NCBI GenBank assembly: GCA_951406725.2
Contig: OX597817.1
Location: forward strand, 41,602,001 to 41,666,000
From: Octopus vulgaris
Lineage: Eukaryota
DNA: 64,000 nucleotides
Reading direction: 5' to 3'
Made by a program: the position numbers and the translations under genes. Position 1 is the stretch's first letter. Every line of letters begins with the position of its first letter. Shown here in pieces: positions 27,023 to 39,625 of this stretch. Under the pieces are notes generated by a model. That model had not been told where the DNA came from, did no database searches, and saw only the letters and a program-made list of their open reading frames with translations.

Positions 27023-27184
27023 GGAGCAGGCATAATTGTGTGGTAAGAAGCTTGCTTCCCAGCCACTTGGTTTCAGGTTCAGTCCCACTGTGTGGCACTT
27101 TGGGCAAGTGTATTTTATAGCTTTGGGACAATCAAAGCCTTGTGAATGAATTTGATAGACAGAAACTGAAAGAAGCCCATCATT

Positions 27185-27235
<51 letters not shown>

Positions 27236-27475
27236 ATTGCGTGTGTATGTTTGTGGTAGTGGTGGTGGGGGATCCAGCATTGCTTGACAACTGGTGCTGG
27301 TGTGTTTACATCCCAGTAACTTAGCAGTCTTGCTAGCAAAACAGACCAACAGAATAAATACCAGACTTATGAAAAAAAAAAGTAATGGTGCTGATCCATT
27401 CAACTAAAAATTCAAGGTGATGCCCCAGCATGGTCGCAGTCTAATGACTGAAACAAGTAAAGATGGAAGATAAAG
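27023..27475 (+). mobile_element. SINE family A
   Basis: tgtgtggtaagaagcttgc..ggttcagtcccactg head, internal TG/TA microsatellite, aatgactgaaacaagtaaa tail. Confidence 0.9.
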
Positions 27476-28029
27476 TTATATAACATGATAATTTCTTGTG
27501 AGTTTGCTAATTGTTATAAAAATCAAAAGACTAATAATATTCCTGTCTAAAGCTGAAGTACAGTGAGTCGTTGTTAGCCCTAAGTATAAATTTATTTACA
27601 ACAAAATCTAAACCTTAACATTACTAAAAATTAATAGCTTAGATTTTTGATTCATAGCAATACAGCTAACTTTTGCATTTTCTCCTCTTGGAATAAAAGA
27701 AAAAAGCAAACAGTGTAGAGGATAGGAGAGGCAGTAGAAAAAGTATCCTCCTAGTCTATGGAGCAAGAAAGAAAAGTTGAGCCAGAAGGAGATGATGAGC
27801 AGTGATTTGGCCACCACTACTGGCTCACCAATGGGAAGATGTTATGGTTCAGGGTTAAGACACTCAATGGTCATTATATACTGTCTGATGACATCAATTC
27901 ATCCTTGTCAAAGTTACATTCACCAAAGGTGAAAAAGAAAAAGCATCTTCTTTTAGAGTTTATCAGTATTACTGTGTCAGTTTAAATTCTTATAATTATT
28001 TAATTTTAATGCAAAATTAGTCAAATTTT

Positions 28030-28365
28030 CATCATCATCATTGTTTAACGTCCGCTTTCCATGTTGGCATAGGTTGGATGGTTTGACTGAGGACTGGCAA
28101 GCCAGGAAGCTGCACCAAGCTCCAGTCTGATCTGGCAAGGTTTCTATAGCTAGATGCTCTTCTTAATACCAACCATTCTGAGAGTGTAGTGGGTGCTTTC
28201 CATGTGCCACTGACACGGGGGCCAGTCTGCTTTCGACCACACTTGAAGAGTGCTTTTATGTGCCACCAACATGGGAGCCAGTCAGGTGGCACCGGCAACG
28301 ACCACACTCAAATGATGCTTTTTACGTGCCACTGGCACAAGAGCCACACAGGTGACATTGGCAAT
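28030..28365 (-). mobile_element. Family F retroposon with (GAT)n tail
   Basis: catcatcatcattgtttaacgtccgctttccatg end; similar to 58452-58700 and 34130-34426. Confidence 0.85.
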
Positions 28366-29117
28366 AAAAAGCAAGAAAAAAACTGCAGTCCAATGACAGA
28401 TTAACATTTAAGCTGAATTTTAATTATATTCTAAAATGTTTACTATACTAAAAACCAGGTGAAGAGTGTAGAAAGGTCAGAGGATTCCAGCAACCTGAAC
28501 CCAGCCATTTCATTCCACTTACTTGCCATATAATCAATTACCAGTCACAGCTAATATCTTACGAAATGCACTGCAGGCAAAGAATTTAACCTTGTCATGT
28601 TACATATTCAAGAAGGAAAGTATAAAAGGGATTGAAATAGCAAAAGACTTCCCAAGCTGAAGCACAATTTTGATTTTATATTGAATAAATATAGCAAAAA
28701 TCCCATAAATACAGCAATTCAGAAATGTATTTCAGTAGATAATTCAATTTTGTTGCACTTTGAAAAGGGTCATTCTGCCATGGAAAACACACCTTACAGG
28801 TTGAAGTGCACTTGTTTTATGGTTAATAAATGTTTGCAGTAAAATTAAGAAAATGGCAGCGGCATTAGAGCATATATAAAATGCTTTTAGGAAACTGTTT
28901 AAGCTATCTGCCACTAAGTTCAAATCCTGTCAAGATCAACTTTACTTTTCATCTTTACAGGTTCATAAATATAGAAGCAATCCAAGCATTAACTTTACTA
29001 TACCCACACACACATTATATACATACACACATATATACATACACACATATACCCACCCACACACACATGCCCCCTACACACACATGTGGGGATTTAACAA
29101 ACATCTTGAATATATAT

Positions 29118-29447
29118 ATTCTATTATTCTCTTATTTGTTTCAGTCATTTGACTGTGGCTAAGCTGGAGCACCACCTTAAGTCGAGCAAGTCGACCTCCA
29201 GGACTTATTCTTTCTAAGCCTAGCACTTATTCTATTGGTTTCTTTTGCCGAACCGCTAAGTTAAGCGATGTTATGGGGACAGATACAGACACACAAACAT
29301 ATACATATATAGTAAAGCCATACACAAGTCTTTGGTTAGCACATAGTTATAGTAGTAGACATTTGCCCACATTGCCTCAGAGTAGGATTGAACCTGAAGC
29401 CATGTGGTTATGGGGCAGACTTTCTAAATATACAGATCCACCTGCAC
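29118..29447 (-). mobile_element. SINE family A, internally deleted
   Basis: tgtttcagtcatttgactgtggc..gctggagcaccacc tail; head at ~29350-29447. Confidence 0.85.
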
Positions 29448-29448
29448 A

Positions 29449-30139
29449 TCTATATATATATAAAACTCAACTTGTGTATCTGTGTGTGTGTCTGTGTGTT
29501 TAACTTCCCAGCACATCTCCTCCTAGCCAACAAATCGTAGAACCACCAAAAATGTGTCACTTAAAGTTTAGGCGAATAAAAATTGAACTGCACTATTTCT
29601 GTTCCGAAATTCATCTCGCAAGTGCAAAAATCGATAATGTTTAGGCCTTATCCCATGCATTGAATAGTGAACTTTACTCAGTCAGCTGTTTGACGTGAAC
29701 TGTGTTCACCACGCATGCAAGCATGCGTATATTGCATGAAAAATAAAAAAATCAAGATATAAAAATGAATCGCCGTAAACATTGTAGAAATTCGGCAAAG
29801 AAATGAATTTTTGGGATGTAGCCTGGAGTGTTAACGCAAGTTAACCAAAATTGAGAGTATGATAGAAGGCTTGCTCTTCCTTCTGTAGAACAAAAAATTC
29901 AAATCAGACCATGTTAACACCAAAAATTATTTACATCAAAAAGGTGCTTTTTTTCTATGAAAATCATTATTTTTTATGATTTTTTTGACTGCTGTGTCAC
30001 CAATTTTCCGTGTATTTCAACCAGAAAAATGTTCACTTAAAGACAATAACAAGCTACATAATGCAAAATTTTTACTTTTAAAAAATTCCAAATCTAAAGG
30101 GTCAAAACAAACCCGAGCAACGCCGGGCGATACTGCTAG
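29449..30139 (+). mobile_element. Complete non-autonomous Helitron (~690 bp)
   Basis: A|TCTATATATA 5' end, subterminal hairpin cccgagcaacgccggg, CTAG|T 3' end, no TSD. Confidence 0.88.
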
Positions 30140-31494
30140 TTCTCTATATTCTCTATCTGCACGGGTGGGTGTGAATATTATCTCTGTGTATATGTGTGTG
30201 TGTATTTATTAACACAGACATGCACACACTCACATACACACATGCACGCACACACACACACACACACACACAGAAATGTTTGAGTGTATGGATGTAAGCA
30301 GGTATCTATATGCAAGCACAGAAATACCTGCGTGTGCATGTATATGAATGGATAAACTGACTGGTAGGAGAGCTAGACAGTAACTAACCACAAAAAACAG
30401 ATGGCACCGAAAATTAAAACAACATTCTACCTATAAAGTTCACAGAACAATTGACAATAAACACATGTAAGAGATTGTGTTCAATATATAGTTGTAATAA
30501 TGAAATGAAACCAGTGTAACATGATTTATATATATTCCCCATGCTAGCATGGAAAACGGACTTTAAACGATGATGATGATACATATATATATATATATAT
30601 AAAATTATAATTTGGGTTATCTAAGAGATACCACCACACTTGAAATAGCAGCCAAAACTTGACTCTAAATCCACATTAAAAATTCATACAGCACCAGGAG
30701 AGAAGACAAAAAAACAAAATAAACTAGTAAAAAATTATCGGATAATTCCAGATCCCGGATTTCTGGCTCTGCATAAGAATTTTAATAATAGTCATTACCT
30801 TTGAAGGTTTTTATTCCCATGCTAGCCACTTGATAAGTACGATATTTAAATATCAATCTTATCCTTATTTTTATATATACACACACACACATACATAGCT
30901 AGATAAAACTGTTTGCTTAGAAGTTAATCACATAGCGCTGGATTCAACCTCAGAGTGCAACACCTTTGGCACTTGCCTTTTCATGTAACCTCAGGTTAGA
31001 GATAGCAAGCTTAAGTAATAGCTCAACAATATTATGGAATTGTGTAATCCATACTAGCTTGGAAAAACTCACCAAAAAAAAAAAAGATGAATGAATGCTC
31101 TCACACCCACACACTTTTAAAAAAATGAGCCAAGGGAAATAAATCAAATGGAGCCATGGCATAAATTTGGATAAATAAGGAGCGATGAGCTGGAGATATT
31201 ATGTAAAAAAAATTTTCTATGGAAATTTTTTCTTTAGATGGAGATAAAAAAAACAATCCTTGTGAAATTAATGGCTTGCAATTAAAAGAAAACAATTTCA
31301 AAGTTTATTTACATGTTTAGGGAAAAGATAATCTGATCCTAGGAGGGATAACCAAGGAATATTTCAGCCTATCAGATCTCATCAGCATACTAAAGTCTGC
31401 TCACACCAGTTGATAATGATTTTGATATTCAGAAAATGAAGTACGGATAATATTTTGGCCATTATAATTTGCATAAGTAAACAATTATCAGATT

Positions 31495-31723
31495 TTAACT
31501 CTTTTGTTACCAACTCGGCTGAAACCGGCTCTGGCTCTGAGTACAAATGTCTTGTTTTCATAAGTTTTGAATTAAAATCTTCCACCAAACCTTAGTCACA
31601 TTTTATGTTTCTAACACTAGCTGAATGATAACTAAGTTATTTTACTAAATTCTTTGTTATATTTAAAGTAATTATAAAGAAATACAGAGCATCTCAAAAT
31701 AAATACAGTAATGAAAGGGTTAA
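31495..31723. mobile_element. piggyBac-type MITE
   Basis: TTAA flanks, termini ctcttttgttac / gtaatgaaaggg; near-identical copy at 34556-34773. Confidence 0.85.
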
Positions 31724-33054
31724 TGTGTATAAGGAACCCCCTAATTCTGGGGGCTTAAAATTTGGAAAAAAGGTTTTGTAATAGATTATAATACTATCCA
31801 TGTATAAGAAACTCCCATATTTTTTTAACCTAATTTTTGACAAAAAAGTGTTCTTTATATATATTAAATTACCGTACATCAGCTGCAGGAAACAAGTGAA
31901 ATATGCCAAAGGCATGGCAGAGACAAGAGGTTTGTATTGAAAGCTGTACTGTCAACTGGCCAAGCTGGCTTGAGCAGACTATACAATGCTGATGAGGTGT
32001 AATAGCCCAAAACATGTTCACAGTTGTCCTTTATTTCGGACTAAGATTAGGCTTCCCTTGACGCTCATACAATTTTGAACAGCAACCTACTTTTGTCCAT
32101 CAAAGCACTGAGTTACTTTTCTATCTCTAACCGTGGAGAATTTCAACAGATAGCAGTGATTGTACTTCATAAAATTTCAATTATGTTTTCAATTAAATTT
32201 TATAATGATAAAATTTGATTACAACAAAATATATAATAAAATTGGCAATTTAACAAACGTGCTAACTATGTGTGAAGTAATGAGTTACATTTTTTAATAT
32301 TTTCCTAAATTCTTTCAATTGCCAACTGTGATATATTTTGCTAATAATGAATTAATTTTGTTGTTAAAATTTAATTGCATAAAATTCTTATTACTATTAA
32401 TTATATTGTACAAAGGTTTTGTAAATATAGCTATCTGTTGAGCTCTCTTTAAGCTGGAAATGGAAAAATAGGCAAAGCTTTGGTATAGAAGTTACACTGC
32501 AAAGACTTTCTACTTCAATATGTAAAATAAACTTTAAGAGAATTATTTGTAATTTCTTAAAATTACCTCCCCTCTTCTTCGAGAGATGTTAGCAATTGCC
32601 TCAGGCATTTTGTTTTCTTTCACCAACAAAGAGGCAAATTTCAATTTACATATTTTCTTATATAGCACTCAATACATAACCACCTTAATTAATTCAATTA
32701 TCCAAATTCAAGCCAATCACGTTGTTCAATTGTTTCCCTTACCTCATTTGATCTTTAATTATGCAAATCATACTTATTACAAATTATTTATAACTCAATT
32801 TCTATATATAGAAACTGATACTAAATGACTGACAGGTTTGTTAAAACTATACTACGCTGATGAGTTTTAATAGGCTGAACATGCCCATAGCTGTCCTTAC
32901 CTGCAAACTAAAATTGGATTTTAAGTCACCGAAACAAGTAAATCAACTTTTCTTTGGTAGTCACAAACAGTTGCTGTCGAATTTTTTTTTTTCCCCCTAC
33001 TCCACTTAAAAGTGGTAATTTTAATTTAGAAATTTTTGCATGTGACACTCAGTG

Positions 33055-33122
33055 TCAACCAAAGCCTTGTGAGTGGATTTGGTAGACAGAAACTGAAAGA
33101 AGCCTGTCGTACATATGTATAT

Positions 33123-33154
<32 letters not shown>

Positions 33155-33351
33155 TTGTCCCCCCAACATCGCTTGACAACTGATGCTGGTGTGTTTACGT
33201 CACCGTAACTTAGCGGTTTGGCAAAAGAGACCGATAGAATAAGTACTAGGCTTAGAAACAATAAGTCCTGGGGTTGATTTGCTCAACTAAAGGCAGTGCT
33301 CCAGCATGGCCACAGTCAAATGACTGAAACAAGTAAAACAGTAAAAGAGTA
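33055..33351 (+). mobile_element. SINE family A, 5'-truncated
   Basis: High identity to 37505-37805. Confidence 0.92.
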
Positions 33352-33886
33352 CATGCACATAAAATAAACACATACATACATAGGCACTCACCATCATAAG
33401 CACACACTGCAATATACACACACACTTAAATACATATAAATACCAGACACAAAAATGAAGACAAATAGTTCTAGAAAGAAATCATTGAAAAGATCACAAT
33501 TATGTGGTGAAAGACTCACAAATTAATCAAGGTGATCTACATCCAATACCTGTGTTTTTTTTATTAGTAAAATGACCATCTAAATATACAACAGTATCTA
33601 CTTGAGAACCCAGTTTCATATTAAGAATTTTGTGAAACAAATATAAAAAATAGATGTGTACAATCATGTTTAATATGTTTGTGTATTCAGATGCAGGAAG
33701 ACTGTCTGTTGTGGAAATAGTTAGTCTCGGAAGTAAATTCTCCTCAAAGACAGTATGGATGGAATTAGATTGGGGTATGAATGTTGTCATCAGATCACAG
33801 AATGCATACATTTCTGTACTGCTCCATATCATCAGTTGCAAAAACTGAATCAAGTCTTTCACAGCCCTGTAAGCATAGTTGTTCTT

Positions 33887-34120
33887 ATATATAAGAACAG
33901 CAAACTGTACATTTGCTGATGTGTGCAGAGCATAGTCAGGTTGGATTTAAGTCACACAAAGCAGCTTTGAATAAAATACATGCATGTACAATTATATTTA
34001 ACATATTCAAATACACTAGAATGTGAGAAGACATTTTGCTGCAGAAATAATCTCAGGAAAATTTATTTCATCAAGCTTTGTGTGCATCAACAAATGAGCA
34101 ATTCGCTGTTCTTATGTATA
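33887..34120. mobile_element. TA-flanked MITE with ~40-bp diverged TIRs
   Basis: ataagaacagcaaactgtacatttgctgatg.. inverted against catcaacaaatgagcaattcgctgttcttat. Confidence 0.65.
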
Positions 34121-34129
34121 TCTTATGTA

Positions 34130-34426
34130 CTAGTTTGATGTAAAAGGTACCATGATGGTTCCACATAAAAAAACACTTGGTGGAACCACATAAGATAGCA
34201 AGCACACCAGCACCACATCATAAGCAGCAGCCATGCTGGTGTCAAGTAAAAAGCATCCAGTACACTATGTATAGTGGTTAACATTAAGAAGGGCTCGAGC
34301 TGTAGAAACCATGCCAAAACAGACAATTGAAGCCTCGTGCAGCTCTCCAACTGGACAGCTCCTATCAGACCACCCAACCCATGCCAGCATGGAAAATGGA
34401 TGTTAAATGATGATGAAGACGATGAT
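34130..34426 (+). mobile_element. Family F retroposon, plus-strand copy
   Basis: Ends cccatgccagcatggaaaatggatgttaaatgatgatga. Confidence 0.8.
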
Positions 34427-34555
34427 TGCCAACACAGAAAAATTTCTACTGCGAATATTTCCACTGCAAAGTGCCTTCTCATATCCAAACATACATGAAT
34501 GTGTTAAATATGATGGTACATGCATGTTTTATTAAATGTTGCTTTGTGTGACTAA

Positions 34556-34773
34556 TCAACCCTTTCGTTACCAATCCGGCTCTGGCTCTGAGTACAAATG
34601 TTTTGTTTTCATAAGTTTTGAATTAAAATCTTCCACCAAACCTTAGTCACAATTTATGTTCCCAACACTAGCTTAATGATAACTAAGATGCTTTGCTAAA
34701 TTCTTTGTTATATTTAAAGTAATTGAAAGAAACAGAGAGCTTCTCAAGATTAATACAGTAATGAAAGGGTTAA
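34556..34773. mobile_element. piggyBac-type MITE (copy 2)
   Basis: ccctttcgttac...gtaatgaaagggttaa; matches 31495-31723. Confidence 0.85.
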
Positions 34774-34924
34774 ACACAAGAAAATTTTATTTTATGTATT
34801 TCATACGATAATCCTTTTTGAAATGAAATGATAGGCAAATGTATACAATTCTTACAACAACCAAGGGGTATTTCATATTATAGAAAATAAAAAGTAAAGC
34901 AGGTTTGCTGGACATCATTATTTT

Positions 34925-35172
34925 GAGTCCTAGGACTCATGTGGCCAGTTATCTGGTTTCTATGGAGTGTGAGTGACCAAAACCACTATATTCCTCCTGA
35001 ACAGGATGCAAATCTATGGGAGGGTTACTCATTGACAGCTAAGGAGACTGACACAAAGTAAAATACAGCGTTTTACTCATGAACACTACATACTACCTAG
35101 AGCTGGAATTGAAACCATGATCTTGCAATTTGTGAGTGCAGCACCACCAACCACTAGGCCATGCACCCTCAC
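34925..35172 (-). mobile_element. SINE family D (C-like head, different tail)
   Basis: accactaggccatgcaccctcac head; related to 49803-50085, 51535-51780 and 60676-60906. Confidence 0.7.
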
Positions 35173-35884
35173 ATTATGTGTTATAAATTGATTAGAATTA
35201 AAAAAGAAAGTTTTATAGAAATAAATAAAAATAACCTCCTAAAGAATTCATCATACAAGCTAGGTTTACTGTAGAAGAAGTCACTGTTCTTAGCAGCTAA
35301 TCATAGAACAAATAGCACCAGAACCCAAGAATAAATAGCATAATTCATTCCTTGATTACCTGAAATACAATCATTAAAAGTGAGACAACTGTAGTTTCCA
35401 GATAATGATCATTCTGAAAGGAATTTACTAAGAGCTGCTTGTTGCATAGGCAAAGCCAATCAGGATTTAAATTGAAAATGTAAATCTAAAGAAACAAAAA
35501 TATATAAGCCAGCAACATGAAAATTAGAAGTATCGAAATAGATTTTAACATTGTTTAAATCAAATTTCATCATTGTACACTCACATAGTTACGAAACACG
35601 GTGATACAACACACAGGTATATACACACATGCATATAGAATTTATGGCTTTATAGATTCTTGTAATTTATTTCAATGTAATAATATTGATTAAATTATTT
35701 CTACACAATGCTCTAAGTGTATAATTATAGAAGGGAACTTATCTAGATCAGCATATATAATGGAATGCACAATAGAGACATTGCTATAAGTATGCCTATG
35801 TGCACACACACACACACAATTATTAACCCCTTTCATATGTAAAATATTTCTAATATGGTAACTAGTTATATAGATATATGATAT

Positions 35885-36295
35885 GTACAGGTTTAGTTAT
35901 GTGTTTAAAAAGTTCACTTTGCAACCATTTCATAATGAGTTCAATACCACTGAATGGTACCTAGGATAAATATATTCTACTACACCATTAGGTCAACCAA
36001 TATTACATTAGTGCAATTTGATAGGCAGAAACTGCACAGAAGCACTGCATGTGCATGTTTTTATGTACGCTAATGTGTGTGTGTGTGTGAGACCATCCAT
36101 GTCTAAAACCTAGTGTTGTTTGCATTGTGCCACTTTCTCTTTCTATCACATTACTTAGCAATTCGACAAATAGACATCAATAAAACAAATGCTAAACTAA
36201 AATAAATGCTGGGGTCAATATGATTGGCTAAACCATTGCTGATCATGGTCATGCCTTCTCATGGCCATGACCAATGACTGAAATGAGTGAAAGAG
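35885..36295 (+). mobile_element. SINE family A, old diverged copy
   Basis: Colinear degenerate motifs: head, cagaaactg, (TG)n, ctggggtcaat, catggcca..aatgactgaaa. Confidence 0.7.
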
Positions 36296-37394
36296 TTATA
36301 AAATAGCCTGGTAAATTATTTCATTTTTACATCATATGGCTAGTTGCTGACAAATGTTTTTGCTCTGTAAGGATCTTATCCTATATATGCTCTTCTATCA
36401 GTACTTACGTATTGCAAAAAAAAATATAATCTTTCTACTTGTACTATTTCTTTTTGGTTCAGGTAAGCCATTTGTTAGCTCCCCTCCTCAAATGAAGAAA
36501 ATAGAAAAAGAGCAGGGAGAGAAATACTAACAAAGATTGTTACAAACAAAAACAGTAAAGTTAAGGAGCTAAAACAAATACTAATATAGATAGAATATTA
36601 AAGACAAAAGAGTGATATGAAGGAACTCAAAACAAACTGGCTATATCAGTAACATAATATCTCTGACATACAAAACATTTTATAAAAATAAATTATCAAT
36701 AAAACTGTAACAAAAGAAATTCATTTCAACCAGATATCTTAAAAGGTTAAAATAGAATTTTGTTCTGTAGATCAATATGAACAGTACAAACTATTTTCTC
36801 TGCTGAGTCATTCTTCCAAAGTCATTATATATTAATATATTATTTTTCTTCCTTTCTTTCTTTATCTCATTTAGCACAACACTGTTCAATAACAAGTTTC
36901 CACTACTTTTTCTTTGATTAATCTTACACTGTGGTCAATAGTGTTTTTCGTCTTATCTTCAAATTCTCGAATCTCTTTAATCTTTTATACTAAAAAGGCA
37001 TTGTGTGACTTATGTGTCAGAAGTGTGTTATTGTATATCGTGGAAAAATGTGGACCTTTAGAACATACGTAAGAACATGAAATGTCTGCTGAATGCATAA
37101 TGTAACTCTGAACTATATAAGAACTCAGAAAAGGCTGAGGATATAAATTTACTAAAGAGCTGGTACACACTATAAATGCACACCTGTTACAGCATTCACA
37201 CAGTATCAGCTTAGCTGTAATTTTTCCTTATTTTCTGAGCCTCATTGTTTTACTCTACTTTGTGCCAAATTTACAAGAATTTAGGTTTTAGTTTAGATAT
37301 TAGTTATTTGATTGAGACCCTACAGCAGTGGTTCTCAACTGGGGTGCATATGAGCCTTAGAAAACACATAGGAAATTTTTTTGTTGAAATTTAT

Positions 37395-37805
37395 GGGCGT
37401 AGGAGTGGCTGTGTAGTAAGTAGCTTGCTTATGAACCACATGGTTCCGGGTTCAGTCCCACTGCATGGCACCTTGGGCAAGTGTCTTCTATTATAGCCAC
37501 GGGCCGACCAAAGCCTTGTGAGTGGATTTGGTAGACAGAAACTGAAAGAAGCCCGTCGTATATATGTATATATATATATGTATGCGTGTGTATATGTTTG
37601 TGTGTCTGTGTTTGGCCCTCACAACATCGCTTGACAACTGATGCTGGTGTGTTTAGGTCCCCATAACTTAGTGGTTTGGCAAAAGAGACCGATAGAATAA
37701 GTACTAGGCTTCCAAAGAATAAGTCCTGGAGTCAATTTGCTCGACTAAAGGCAGTGCTCCAGCATGGCCACAGTCAAATGACTGAAACAAATAAAAGAGT
37801 AAAGA
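37395..37805 (+). mobile_element. SINE family A, full-length young copy
   Basis: tRNA-like A box gtggctgtgtagtaag and B box gggttcagtccc; internal microsatellite; aaagagt tail. Confidence 0.95.
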
Positions 37806-39249
37806 GAGAGAGAGATGAATAATCTTACTAATTAAATCTGTTGCAAAATGTGATTCCCACTGAATATCATTCAAAGAGAATCAAAATACTAATATAAATG
37901 TTTCCATGGATATTTCAACATTATATTTAAAATGAGTAGTGAGTAATTCAATGGATGTTTTTATTTCTTTAGTATTTCTGATTAACTAACTTACTTTTGT
38001 TAATTTTGATAAACCATATTTCTTAAGAATACTCACAGTGTCAATTTGGTTTCATGGGAAGGTATCATAATAAAATGCCTATATCATTATCTATATCAAC
38101 TTCCTACTGTGAAATTAAATTAACTATCAAAAATTCAGATAATTTGTAACAGTAATAACTATCTACAATGACTAATGAATGAGTAAGGATTGTGTGCTGA
38201 TAATCATGTAGGAGTACATAGCTTAAAATCAATAGATAGATACTGACAGGTAAGTAAAATCTTGGAACATTAAACTTTATTGCCGAATCAATCATTTATG
38301 CAATTAATGTCAATTACAGGCAGGTATGTGAAGTTTCTATGTTGATATAACAAACAGAAGCGTTCCAAATTTGTTTTCACAAAGCATCAACTTCATGCAA
38401 CTACATCTGGAATGAATAAATTGTGTCCTTAAAAACTGAGGATGACGCCATCAAAATAAATCTGTGCCTAATGTCTGAATTCATTAACAAACATGTCTAA
38501 TTTGATACATGGAGTGATATGAAGAAAAACAAAATCATGTGTAAAAACGTAAAACAAACTTTGAAGCCATCTTTTAGATATGGGGAATATTTTTCAATAA
38601 ATCATGCATGATTCAAAAAGCAAGCCACATTATTTAAACAAAAAAAGTCAAAAGTATTTTCTTTACTCACATATCCTGTGAAGGAGAGCGTACTTTGGGA
38701 ACTGCTTGAATGCTGCTGTGCAGGGGGAGAAATAAATGTTGCATAAGACACTAAGAATATCATGCAAAGCTCTTTAATAAAGTTTAAATGCCAAGTGATG
38801 CAAGTTTTCACATGAAGCAAATATTTCCATCTACCCAAGCCGAAGACATTATGGTTTCAAAAATAGATGCATGTAAATAATTTTTTTTTTTTGAAATGGT
38901 TAATTTTAGCTGTGCATTAAGACTACCCATAAGATGAAGCAAAAATTTGCAAAATGAATTAATGTGTCACTGAAAACTAGGAGTTAGGATTTGCATATAC
39001 AACATTCCAAATATGTTAATGACTATCTAAAACTTACCTTAACTTTGATTAAGGCTTAGAGTGAAAAACAGGCTATATATATATATATTTATATGGTTAG
39101 TGGCTGGGCAAAATGCTTAGCAGAATTTTGTCCCTCTCTATGTTCTGAGTTTGAATTCCACCAATATATATCTCTACAGTGGAAGAATCAATACTTGGTG
39201 AACGCTAAGGAATAGTAACATATAGTAAGAATGAATAAACGTGGGGTAA

Positions 39250-39625
39250 TTTTTTTCTGTTCTGGTCATTGAATTGTGGCCATGTTGGGGTATCACCTTC
39301 ATAAGTAGTTTAGTTTAGTATCATTTTTCTGGGTTTTTTTAAAAATCAATTTATCAAATGGCTGGGTTGACCTTTTGACATAGAGATACAACTTGATGTA
39401 TTATAGATAAGACAAGACCCTTGTCTTATCTATAATACCCCTCCCAGATACATTCTACACATAGAGGCTTTTGCACATTTTCTATCTACCAAATTCTCCT
39501 AACAAGGAATTGGCTAATCTTGGGCTACAGCATAAGACTCACACCCAATGCCATACAATGAGACAGACTGAACTCAGAACCATATTTTAAAAGGTGAACT
39601 GCTGAACATGGCCATACCTGTGCTT
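39250..39625 (-). mobile_element. SINE family A, old diverged copy
   Basis: gtcattgaattgtggccatgttggg tail; ttctatctaccaaatt..; gactgaactcagaaccat head. Confidence 0.65.

Noticed and set aside
28523-28570. 48-nt minus-strand exon candidate with good splice motifs
   Set aside because: Stops in all three frames
32893-32915. Minus-strand tttgcag|gtaagg recursive-site-like motif
   Set aside because: Lies within the hammerhead-like direct repeat, and the sister copy lacks it
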